Source of the DNA: Moraxella nasovis
Lineage (GTDB): Bacteria > Pseudomonadota > Gammaproteobacteria > Pseudomonadales > Moraxellaceae
Assembly (NCBI RefSeq): GCF_022701215.1
Contig: NZ_CP089976.1
Span: 630,001-662,000, forward strand
Direction: 5' to 3'
Length of the DNA: 32,000 nt
Shown here: positions 8,849 through 17,016 of the stretch, piece by piece
Layout: each line of letters begins with the position of its first letter
How positions within the stretch are numbered: the stretch's first letter is position 1
Program-made: the position numbers and the translations under genes
The notes under the pieces: model-generated
Told to the model about the DNA's origin: nothing
What the model saw: the letters and a program-made list of their open reading frames with translations, nothing else
The model's database searches: none

Positions 8849-9154
8849 ATGGCTTTTAATATTTTAATTCGCAGTGAAGCACAAAATGATATTGCACAAA
8901 TTGCCCATTGGTACAAAAGCCAAGCGAACAATCTGGACAAACGTTTTTTGACTGCTCTTGAACACACCTTGGAAAAATTAAGCTATATGGCAGACAGCCA
9001 TGCAATTATTTATCAAAATACTCGCAAAATTTTATTGCATAAATTCCCCTATGCAGTACATTATCAGATTGATGGTTTTGATGTGATTGTTTTTGCAGTA
9101 TTACACGGTAGCCAAAATCCCATCAATTGGCAAATTAGGGCGGACAATGTTTAA
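8849..9154 (+). CDS. RelE/ParE family toxin
   Basis: 101 aa starting MAFNILIRSEAQNDIAQIAHWY and ending ...FPYAVHYQIDGFDVIVFAVLHGSQNP, the typical ParE layout. The start is 4 nt after the antitoxin stop. The track ORF 8756..9154 starts too early, because it overlaps the antitoxin. Confidence 0.8.
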   Translation: MAFNILIRSEAQNDIAQIAHWYKSQANNLDKRFLTALEHTLEKLSYMADSHAIIYQNTRKILLHKFPYAVHYQIDGFDVIVFAVLHGSQNPINWQIRADNV

Positions 9155-9275
9155 CCTTTATTAAGGCACATTAAACTTTCTAACACTTTTTTATAAAATA
9201 CAAGTTATAAAATGCAAGCGTTCAACATACCCTAATTATTCACAAACTAGTTTATTGTTTAAAAGAGAAAACAAC

Positions 9276-10754
9276 ATGACCATCTCCAATTCACCCAACC
9301 TACTCATTGACGGCTATGAAGTGATTATCGGCATTGAAATCCATTGCCAGTTAAACACGGACAGCAAAATATTCTCAAACGCTCCCACCACCTTTGGGCA
9401 AGCACCGAACACGGCAGCCACGATTGTGGATTTGGGTTTTCCTGGGGCATTGCCTGTCTTGAACGAAGGCGTGATTGAGCGTGCCTTAAAATTTGGCTTA
9501 GGAGTCAATGCCAAACTTGGCACCTATAACACCTTTGACCGCAAAAACTACTTTTATCCTGACCTACCCAAAGGCTACCAAATCACCCAAATGGCAAACC
9601 CTATTGTCGGCAAAGGCTACATTGACGTGCTCGTCAATGCAGGGCAAAAAGACGAATACACCAAGCGTATCGGCATCACACGGGCTCACCTAGAAGAAGA
9701 TGCAGGAAAATCAGTGCATGATGCTGTACCACAGATGACAGGCGTGGACTTAAACCGTGCTGGCACACCCTTGATTGAGATTGTCTCTGAACCTGATATG
9801 CGTTCGGTGGGTGAAGCTGTGGCTTATGTCAAGACCATTCATGAGCTGGTTACTTGGCTTGGCATCTCAGACGCTGTCATGGCAGAAGGCTCGTTTCGTG
9901 CCGACATCAACGTCTCAGTGCATAAGCCAAACACCCCCTTTGGCACACGCTGTGAGCTAAAAAACCTAAATTCATTTCGCTTTATTGAACGTGCCATCAA
10001 ATCAGAAGTGGAGCGACAAATCGATCTGATTGAAGACGGTGGAACAGTCGTGCAAGCCACTCGCCTATACGACCCTGAGCAAGATGAAACCCGTGCCATG
10101 CGTACCAAAGAAGAAGCCAACGACTACCGCTATTTTCCAGACCCCGACCTATTGCCTGTCGTGATTTCTGATGAAACGCTCGCCAAAGTGCGTGCCGATA
10201 TGCCAGAGCTACCTAGTCATCGTAAAGAGCGATTTGTGAATGAATTTGGCTTGACTGCTTATGACGCACTCGTGCTAAACGGTAGCCGTGAATTGTCGGA
10301 TTATTTTTTGCAAGTAGTTGATATTATTGGAAAAAACTACGCCAAGATTGGGGCAAACTGGGTCATGGGCGAGCTGTCTGGGGCATTAAATAAAAATGAA
10401 CTGACAATTGCAAACTCCCCCATCTCCGCCGAACGCTTGGCAGGGCTTATCATGCGTATCAATGACAACACCATCAGCGGTAAAATCGCCAAAGAAGTGT
10501 TTAGTTTTATGTGGGAGACTGACAAAACCGCCGATGAAATCATCAATGAAAAAGGACTAAAACAAGAAACCGACACAGGGGCGATTACCGCCATCATCAG
10601 CGAAGTCTTGGCGAATAATCAAGCGATGGTGGACGAGTACAAATCTGGCAAAGAAAAAGCCTTTAATGGGCTGGTTGGGCAAGTCATGAAAGCAAGTCGT
10701 GGCAAAGCAAACCCAGCTCAGGTCAATCAGTTGTTAAAAGAGATGATTGGGTGA
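9276..10754 (+). CDS. gatB: Asp-tRNA(Asn)/Glu-tRNA(Gln) amidotransferase subunit B
   Basis: [26 protein letters not shown], and the C-terminal GatB/YqeY tail ...[18 protein letters not shown] prefer the ATG at 9276 over the TTG at 9255. Confidence 0.97.
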   Translation: MTISNSPNLLIDGYEVIIGIEIHCQLNTDSKIFSNAPTTFGQAPNTAATIVDLGFPGALPVLNEGVIERALKFGLGVNAKLGTYNTFDRKNYFYPDLPKGYQITQMANPIVGKGYIDVLVNAGQKDEYTKRIGITRAHLEEDAGKSVHDAVPQMTGVDLNRAGTPLIEIVSEPDMRSVGEAVAYVKTIHELVTWLGISDAVMAEGSFRADINVSVHKPNTPFGTRCELKNLNSFRFIERAIKSEVERQIDLIEDGGTVVQATRLYDPEQDETRAMRTKEEANDYRYFPDPDLLPVVISDETLAKVRADMPELPSHRKERFVNEFGLTAYDALVLNGSRELSDYFLQVVDIIGKNYAKIGANWVMGELSGALNKNELTIANSPISAERLAGLIMRINDNTISGKIAKEVFSFMWETDKTADEIINEKGLKQETDTGAITAIISEVLANNQAMVDEYKSGKEKAFNGLVGQVMKASRGKANPAQVNQLLKEMIG

Positions 10755-10768
10755 ATTGGGTAAATGAT

Positions 10769-10796
10769 AAAGCCAAATCCAAATAGATTTGGCTTT
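10769..10796 (+). terminator. Hairpin after gatB (weak terminator)
   Basis: aaagccaaatc-caaata-gatttggcttt forms an 11-bp stem. The T-tract is poor (tatcat). Confidence 0.4.
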
Positions 10797-10833
10797 ATCA
10801 TAAAATATATTAACAAAAGGGAATAATATAATT

Positions 10834-12561
10834 ATGTCATTTCAAACACCAGTCACTATTGCGAATGCGATAAGTCAAATTGAAAATAGTAAATACTTAG
10901 TTCCAGCTATTCAAAGAGAATTTGTTTGGAAACACGATCGAATTGAGCAGCTTTTTGATTCACTTATGCAAGGCTACCCAATCAGCTCATTTTTATTTTG
11001 GGAGGTTCAAGAACAAAATGTCAATCAATTTAAATTTTATAAAATCATTAAAGATTTTCGTGAACGCTACAAAACCCACAATGAAGAATACAACACATCT
11101 GGATCCAATGGGTTTTACGCCATTTTAGACGGACAACAAAGATTAACATCATTATATATTGGCTTAAAGGGAAGTTTTGCCTATAAAACCCCTAGAAAAA
11201 AATGGGAAGATAATCAAAATTCATTACCTACTAGGGATTTGTATTTAAATATTACAAAGGAACTATCTGAACAAGAAAATGGAAGAAAATATCAGTTTCA
11301 ATTTTTAGATAGAAATTTAACCAACCAAAAAAATTTCTATGATAAAGATGAGCAAAAATGGTTCAGAGTATCACATATTTTAGACTATACTGATGATAAA
11401 AAATTAGGTGATATGATAAAGAATTTGGACAGCGAATTTGCTAGAAAATCTATCAGACAACTAAAAAGAGTTATTCATGAGAGACAAATTATAAATTTTT
11501 ATCTAGAAGAAGAACAAAATCTAGATAAAGCATTAAAAATATTTATAAGAATAAATAGTGGCGGAATAGCATTAAGTTTTTCGGATTTAATTATGTCTAT
11601 TGCTATTTCAAATTGGAAAACCAAAGACGCAAGAAGAGAAATATTAGGCTTGGTTGATGAGATAAAAAATAAAGATTTTCATATATCAAAAGATTTAATA
11701 TTAAAAACATTTTTATACCTATATAGTACAGATATTGGCTTTAAAGTAACAAATTTTTCATCGGAAAAAGCAAAAATATTTGAAGATAATTGGCTAAGTA
11801 TTAAGAATGCTATTTTATCTACCTTTGATTTGATTAAATCATTTGGTTTTGATGAATATAATTTAACATCAAAAAATTCCATCATTCCTATTATTTATTA
11901 CTTATATCATAGAAATATCTATAAAGACTTTACCCATAAAGTAGAATTTAAGAATGAAAGAAAAATCATAAAAGAATGGCTACATATTGTACTAATAAAC
12001 AGAGTTTTTGGCGGTACTTCTGATAGTACATTATCTCAAATCAGAAAAGTTTTTTCCAATGATGTGGTAAAAGAACCAATTAAATTAGACATTGATATAT
12101 TTCCTAAAATTCAAATGCTTGATAGTATTAGAAAAGACATGGTTATTGATTATGATAATATTTTAAATATACAATATGAAGATAAGTATGCCTTCTCTAT
12201 ATTGTCATTACTTTATCCCAATTTAGATTACAAAAACAACAATTTTCATAAAGACCATTTGCACCCAGAAACTAGCTACGAGCTATTAAGCGATGACTTA
12301 AAAGAAAAATATAGTCGTGAGGTTTATAATTCCATTATCAATTTACAAATGCTCGGTGCAAATGAAAATTCATCTAAACAAAACAAAGAATTAGCAGAAT
12401 GGGTTTCTCAAGAAACGCAAACCAAAAACAAAGAAGAATTTTTGGATAATCATTTAATTCCCGATATTGATTTGAGTTTAATGAATTTTGATGTATTTGT
12501 GGAAAAAAGAAAAGCGTTAATTATCAAAAAGTTAAAAGAATTAGTAGGCACTCTTGAATAA
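10834..12561 (+). CDS. DUF262 (ParB-like NTPase) / DUF1524 (His-Me finger nuclease) fusion protein, GmrSD-like putative type IV restriction/defense nuclease
   Basis: 575 aa. The N-terminus has VPAIQREFVWKHDRIEQLFDSLMQGYPISSFLFWEV and ILDGQQRLTSLYIG, the DUF262 hallmarks. The C-terminus has HKDHLHPE...NLQMLGANENSSKQNK, which is DUF1524/HNH-like. Codon usage is very A+T rich relative to its neighbours. Confidence 0.8.
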   Translation: MSFQTPVTIANAISQIENSKYLVPAIQREFVWKHDRIEQLFDSLMQGYPISSFLFWEVQEQNVNQFKFYKIIKDFRERYKTHNEEYNTSGSNGFYAILDGQQRLTSLYIGLKGSFAYKTPRKKWEDNQNSLPTRDLYLNITKELSEQENGRKYQFQFLDRNLTNQKNFYDKDEQKWFRVSHILDYTDDKKLGDMIKNLDSEFARKSIRQLKRVIHERQIINFYLEEEQNLDKALKIFIRINSGGIALSFSDLIMSIAISNWKTKDARREILGLVDEIKNKDFHISKDLILKTFLYLYSTDIGFKVTNFSSEKAKIFEDNWLSIKNAILSTFDLIKSFGFDEYNLTSKNSIIPIIYYLYHRNIYKDFTHKVEFKNERKIIKEWLHIVLINRVFGGTSDSTLSQIRKVFSNDVVKEPIKLDIDIFPKIQMLDSIRKDMVIDYDNILNIQYEDKYAFSILSLLYPNLDYKNNNFHKDHLHPETSYELLSDDLKEKYSREVYNSIINLQMLGANENSSKQNKELAEWVSQETQTKNKEEFLDNHLIPDIDLSLMNFDVFVEKRKALIIKKLKELVGTLE

Positions 12562-12692
12562 TGAAAAATGATAACACAAAACCAATCAAGCCCCTACTCC
12601 ACCGTGCCGACAGCCTACTCTTTGCCACAGGGGCAGACATTGTGGACAGCAGTCTGCCTGACCTGACTTTCGGAGCAATAGCGGTATATAGC

Positions 12693-12743
12693 AAGGCAAA
12701 CCCTGCACAGATCAATCAGCTGTTAAAGCAGATGCTTGGGTAA
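12693..12743 (+). pseudogene. Displaced remnant of the gatB 3' end (last 16 codons plus stop)
   Basis: It encodes KANPAQINQLLKQMLG*, compared with [16 protein letters not shown] for gatB. By my hand alignment, 42 of 51 nt are identical to 10704-10754. Confidence 0.75.
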
Positions 12744-12762
12744 AGCAAATAATTAAAAATTT

Positions 12763-12794
12763 AGTCAAATCCAACGTGGGTTTGGCTTTTTTTT
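12763..12794 (+). terminator. Intrinsic terminator following the gatB remnant
   Basis: agtcaaatcc-aacgt-gggtttggct forms 10 bp including two G:U pairs, followed by tttttttt. It is related in sequence to the hairpin at 10769-10796. Confidence 0.6.
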
Positions 12795-12876
12795 GGCGAT
12801 AAATTTTATCTTTATTTTTGCCTAACTTCCACTTTAAATTTTAAAAAAAATTAACAACAAAATCATTACTTTTTTA

Positions 12877-12905
12877 TTGCCATTTAAAATACTTTTTGTT
12901 ATATT
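12877..12905 (+). promoter_or_regulatory. Putative sigma70 promoter of the dioxygenase gene
   Basis: TTGCCA-17 nt-TATATT, about 35 nt upstream of the ATG at 12941. Confidence 0.4.
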
Positions 12906-12940
12906 AAGTATGCCTATTTTTTTCATAATAAGGATATCTT

Positions 12941-13576
12941 ATGGCTTCACTACTGCACACAGGAACCCTACCAACCGACATCATCGCTGCCTTAGAGGGT
13001 GATTTTGATGGACTAAAACCTAGCGTCTATAAAGATGGTAGCTATCGCCTGCGTCGTTATTCCAAAATCGTCTATAACAAAGACGACAAGCACATTGATT
13101 TACTGCGTGGCACAAACTTTTGCCAAAGCAGTGAATTTAATAAATTCCAAGGCGATGTGGTGCGTGAATATGACGACATCAGCGATGAACTCATTGCCAG
13201 CGAAGGTTTTTTACGCATTGTTGATACCTTTGCTAACGAAGGCGGTTTACCAAAAGACGCAACTATTGATGTACATCAAATTCGTGTGGTCGCCAAAGAC
13301 CCAGCCAAACCTACCGTAACCACCCCAGAAGGCATTCATCAAGACGGCTACAACCGCATTGGTATGTTCACCGTCAGCTTCAAAAATGCCGAAGGAGCAG
13401 AGCTTCGTATCTATAGCGATAACGACCCTGACACCGTCCTAGAAAAAATCCCCAGCAAAACAGGCGGATACTGCGTGGTAGATGATAGCGATTTATGGCA
13501 TTATGCTACCGAGATTAGCAGTGATGACGGCAATGGTTATTGGGATTTGTTTGTTTTGACTGCCAATATGAACTGA
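12941..13576 (+). CDS. 2OG-Fe dioxygenase family protein (PF10014-like)
   Basis: 211 aa with an HxD motif in PEGIHQDG and a distal His in DLWHYATEI. The overall layout (YRLRRYS...; VHQIRV...) matches my recollection of the PF10014 family that includes L-isoleucine 4-hydroxylase. It is monocistronic, with its own promoter and terminator. Confidence 0.65.
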   Translation: MASLLHTGTLPTDIIAALEGDFDGLKPSVYKDGSYRLRRYSKIVYNKDDKHIDLLRGTNFCQSSEFNKFQGDVVREYDDISDELIASEGFLRIVDTFANEGGLPKDATIDVHQIRVVAKDPAKPTVTTPEGIHQDGYNRIGMFTVSFKNAEGAELRIYSDNDPDTVLEKIPSKTGGYCVVDDSDLWHYATEISSDDGNGYWDLFVLTANMN

Positions 13577-13610
13577 TTTATCTAAGAAACCATCACCATT
13601 TTGATGAATT

Positions 13611-13641
13611 AACGCCAATTTTATATTGGCGTTATTTTTTT
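13611..13641 (+). terminator. Intrinsic terminator of the dioxygenase gene
   Basis: aacgccaat-tttat-attggcgtt followed by atttttttt. Confidence 0.75.
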
Positions 13642-13704
13642 AAATCACCCATCGCACAGTCAATCTGATGACCGTAAAATACTAGGCAATCATACGAATA
13701 TGAC

Positions 13705-13729
13705 AAAACCCCACCATCGTCTGGTAGGG
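13705..13729 (-). terminator. Intrinsic terminator of slyD
   Basis: The minus strand reads CCCTACCA-GACGA-TGGTGGGG (8 bp with one G:U) followed by TTTT. Confidence 0.6.
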
Positions 13730-13771
13730 TTTTGATCGTATTGATAAACAGTAAAAACAAAAAGCCAAAAC

Positions 13772-14257
13772 TTAGTGTTGATGACCGCCAGCACCATGTG
13801 CATGACCGTGTGCGATTTCATCAGCAGTCGCTGCACGCACCTCTACAATCTCCACATCAAAAGTTAAAGCCTGACCTGCCAATGGGTGGTTACCATCTAC
13901 AACCACTTCTTCATCAGTCACTTCTTTGACCGTAACCAGCATCACATGACCGTCATCGGTTTGTGATTGGAACTGCATACCTGCTTCAATGTTATCCACG
14001 CCTTGGAAATTGGCACGTGGCACAGATTGCACCGCTTCTGCGATATATTCGCCATACGCATCTTCTGGGGCGATGGTGGCAGTGAACTTATCGCCTGCTG
14101 ATTTACCTTCCATTTGGGCTTCTAAACCCGGAATGATATTGTGATGACCGTGTAGATATGCCAACGGCTCACCACGAGATTGATCTAATGTCTCGCCTTT
14201 ATCGTTCGTCAGTGTGTAGTTAAACTTAACAACGGTATCTTTTGCGATTGTAGTCAT
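13772..14257 (-). CDS. slyD: FKBP-type peptidyl-prolyl cis-trans isomerase SlyD
   Basis: 161 aa with VVKFNYTLTNDKGETLDQS...LAYLHGHHNIIPGLE and HPLAGQALTFDVEIVEVR, plus a His-rich tail HGHAHGAGGHQH. Confidence 0.9.
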   Translation of the reverse strand: MTTIAKDTVVKFNYTLTNDKGETLDQSRGEPLAYLHGHHNIIPGLEAQMEGKSAGDKFTATIAPEDAYGEYIAEAVQSVPRANFQGVDNIEAGMQFQSQTDDGHVMLVTVKEVTDEEVVVDGNHPLAGQALTFDVEIVEVRAATADEIAHGHAHGAGGHQH

Positions 14258-14471
14258 AAATCACCTAAATTTGCGGTATGTCACCGCTTTAGTTTATTAC
14301 ATTGCCAAATTCATTTTAATAAAATTTAGCAATACCTAAGCATATTATAACAGACTTTCAGCCATTATGTCGTAAATTTACAAAATCGTAACTTGATGGC
14401 GATAATAATATTTGGGTTGAGTTTTTCATTTAGGTGCATTATGATATTTTTCATTTTGACAATCAGATTTT

Positions 14472-16253
14472 ATGAACCACCTAACTTATCATCTAGACTT
14501 TAGCCGATTCAATGAACACCTTGTTAATGTTAAGCTAGACTTCATTGCTAAAACTAACTCGCCCACAGTATGGCTGCCAAGCTGGATTGCAGGCAGCTAT
14601 TTGATTCGTGAATTTAGCAAAAATATCACAAACGTAAAATACAGCACAGACATCACACACAGAGCCGATAAGCTTAGCAAAAACACTTGGCAACTATCTC
14701 ACGTCCATGCAGGCGAGACAGTCAGCATACAGTATGAAGTGTACTGCTATGACTTATCGGTACGGACGGCATTTGTTGATCATCTAAGATTATTTGGTAA
14801 TTTTACATCGCTCTTACTGATGGTGACCCAGTGCGAACAAGCAATGTGCCAAATCACACTGTCTGTGCCAAATGCTTTTTTTGATCGCAATCCAAATGCC
14901 ATACTTGCTTGTGGACTACCGCATGACACACACCACGATGGTGATGCCACGCTTTATCAACTGCGTCCTATCCAAGCCTTTGAAAGCTATGATTATCCAT
15001 TTGAGATTGCATCTCAAGATGAATTTTGCTTTGATGTCAGCTGCAATCATAAGACCATCGCTCATAGGTTTTTTGTTAGTGGTATTCATTTTGGCGACCT
15101 AGATCGTCTAAAAACAGACGTTCGCAAGATTTGCCAAAGCTATGTTACTTGGCTTGAAGATGTACCGTTTGGTGACTACACCTTTATGTTGCTTGCAACC
15201 GATAACGAGTACGGTGGACTTGAACATATTAACTCAACCGCCCTTGTCAGTCCAAGAAGTGACCTGCCAAGTATTCATGAGCCTAAGCAGCCAACGGCTG
15301 ACTATCAACGGCTACTTGGGCTATGTAGCCATGAATATTTTCATGCATGGTGGGTCAAAACTGTCCGCCCTGATGTCATGATGACAAGTAGTCTACAAGC
15401 AGAAGCTTATACGCCACTTCTATGGGTATTTGAAGGCTTTACCAGCTACGTTGATGATTTTATGCTATTACAATCAGGAGTTATCAATAAAGATGACTAT
15501 GCCAAACTGCTGACAGCCCAAATTAATCGCTATCAAGCAACCAATGGGCGACATCATCAAAGCGTTGCCGAATCAAGCTTTGATGCGTGGATTAAGCTGT
15601 ATCGCCCTGACGAAAATTCTAGCAACCACAGCATTAGTTATTATAACAAAGGGGCGTTGGTCGCATGGCTGCTTGATGTTACTCTCATGACGCATTCAGC
15701 GGGTCGGTATCGCTTGTTTGATGTCATAAAAGCCTTTTATAATAAAGCAAAAACCACACCAAATGGTCGCTTTGGCATGACAGATGAAAACTTAAGCGAG
15801 ACTATCAGCTATTTTATCGCACCGTCTGTTTGGCAAGAATTTTATCAAAAATACATTATTGGCACAGATGAGTTGCCTATTAACGAAACTCTGACAATGC
15901 TTGGGGTTACCTATACCAAAAAGAATCTTGATAAACCGTGGGGTATGCAAACTAACAGCACGCCTGCAGGTCTTAAAATCACCCATATTGACACAAATAG
16001 CGATGCCAGTCGTGCAGGATTATCTGCAATGGACACCATTATTGCCATTGATGGCATTCGTGCCACGTCATCAGTACTTAATGCCGCTATCCAACGTCAA
16101 AAGCACCAATCAACGCCAATCTGTGTATGGGCGTTTCACCAAGATCGTCTGTGTCATTTTAACGTGCAAGCAAGAGAGCTTGACCATCAAAATGAACAAA
16201 TCACCATCACTGCTATGCCTAACGGTGCTTGGCTTGATGGATTTTGGGCGTAG
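14472..16253 (+). CDS. M61 family (glycyl aminopeptidase-like) metallopeptidase with C-terminal PDZ-like domain
   Basis: 593 aa. It has the zinc motif HEYFHAWW (HExxH) and a downstream EGFTSY. The C-terminus, GLKITHIDTNSDASRAGLSAMDTIIAIDG, is PDZ-like. Confidence 0.85.
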   Translation: MNHLTYHLDFSRFNEHLVNVKLDFIAKTNSPTVWLPSWIAGSYLIREFSKNITNVKYSTDITHRADKLSKNTWQLSHVHAGETVSIQYEVYCYDLSVRTAFVDHLRLFGNFTSLLLMVTQCEQAMCQITLSVPNAFFDRNPNAILACGLPHDTHHDGDATLYQLRPIQAFESYDYPFEIASQDEFCFDVSCNHKTIAHRFFVSGIHFGDLDRLKTDVRKICQSYVTWLEDVPFGDYTFMLLATDNEYGGLEHINSTALVSPRSDLPSIHEPKQPTADYQRLLGLCSHEYFHAWWVKTVRPDVMMTSSLQAEAYTPLLWVFEGFTSYVDDFMLLQSGVINKDDYAKLLTAQINRYQATNGRHHQSVAESSFDAWIKLYRPDENSSNHSISYYNKGALVAWLLDVTLMTHSAGRYRLFDVIKAFYNKAKTTPNGRFGMTDENLSETISYFIAPSVWQEFYQKYIIGTDELPINETLTMLGVTYTKKNLDKPWGMQTNSTPAGLKITHIDTNSDASRAGLSAMDTIIAIDGIRATSSVLNAAIQRQKHQSTPICVWAFHQDRLCHFNVQARELDHQNEQITITAMPNGAWLDGFWA

Positions 16254-16917
16254 CTTTTTTCTCACTGTTATTTGAAAAGCTTGGTTTTAAATGGGGCTGT
16301 AAGCGATGCTTAATCACCCCTATTTTTAGCAGCTGGTCATCTGATAAGGTTAATGTGCGGTATTCTCCAACGCCAATGATGCCTGCTAACTTAAGCGACC
16401 AAGGTCCCACTTGATAGCGAATCAATCGCAGGCACGGCAAGCCGACATGGGCAACCATGCGACGAACTTGACGATTTTTTCCTTCAAATATCGTCATCAT
16501 AAGCCATGCTGTTGGTATGTTTTTTCGTTCACGAATGGGTGGATTTCTCTCCCAAAGCACAACAGGTAACTCATGCTCATCTAGGTGCTTGACGATGGCA
16601 GGCAATGTTTTGCCATCTTTTAACCAAACACCGTCTGCTAACGCCTTTATTTGTGCCTTGGTGGGGGTGTTTTCTACTTGTACAAGATAAGTCTTACCAA
16701 AGAGTTTTTTGGCATTTGGCGTAGGCGTGGTGATGGCATGGTTTAATGCACCATTATCAGTTAAAACCAACAATCCTTCGCTGTCTTTATCCAAACGCCC
16801 CGCCACTCTTAAAGATTTATCGCTAAAATAATCAAGTAGCGTTGGCATTGTCTCATTGTCTTTTTTAAATTGGCTATGCACCCCAAAAGGCTTGTTAAAT
16901 AAGATTACTTTTGTCAT
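16219..16917 (-). CDS. rluE: RluE/RsuA-family rRNA pseudouridine synthase
   Basis: VILFNKPFGVHSQF... and the catalytic motif GRLDKDSEGLLVLTDNG. I prefer the start at MTKVILF (16917), because the longer track ORF (to 16977) runs through the putP terminator hairpin. Confidence 0.85.
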   Translation of the reverse strand: MTKVILFNKPFGVHSQFKKDNETMPTLLDYFSDKSLRVAGRLDKDSEGLLVLTDNGALNHAITTPTPNAKKLFGKTYLVQVENTPTKAQIKALADGVWLKDGKTLPAIVKHLDEHELPVVLWERNPPIRERKNIPTAWLMMTIFEGKNRQVRRMVAHVGLPCLRLIRYQVGPWSLKLAGIIGVGEYRTLTLSDDQLLKIGVIKHRLQPHLKPSFSNNSEKKATPKIHQAKHR

Positions 16918-16969
16918 AACTTGTCTTTTAAATAAAACCATCATACATTTAATGGGCGTATATCGCAAC

Positions 16970-16997
16970 AAAAACACCGCCCTAAGACGGTGTTTTT
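16970..16997 (-). terminator. Intrinsic terminator of putP
   Basis: aaaacaccg-ccctaaga-cggtgtttt is symmetric with A/T-tract flanks, so it could act in either direction. It lies 20 nt downstream of the putP stop. Confidence 0.65.
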
Positions 16998-17016
16998 AAT
17001 CTTCTTGCCCAAGAAA

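Noticed and set aside
16219-16253. 35-nt convergent overlap of the 3' ends of the M61 peptidase and rluE genes.
   Set aside because: Both reading frames look intact, and short tail-to-tail overlaps are common. I found no terminator or other element that suggests anything more.
15901-16275. 124-aa plus-strand ORF in an alternative frame at the end of the M61 peptidase gene.
   Set aside because: It is embedded in a well-supported longer CDS, and the translation is low-complexity with no start signals.
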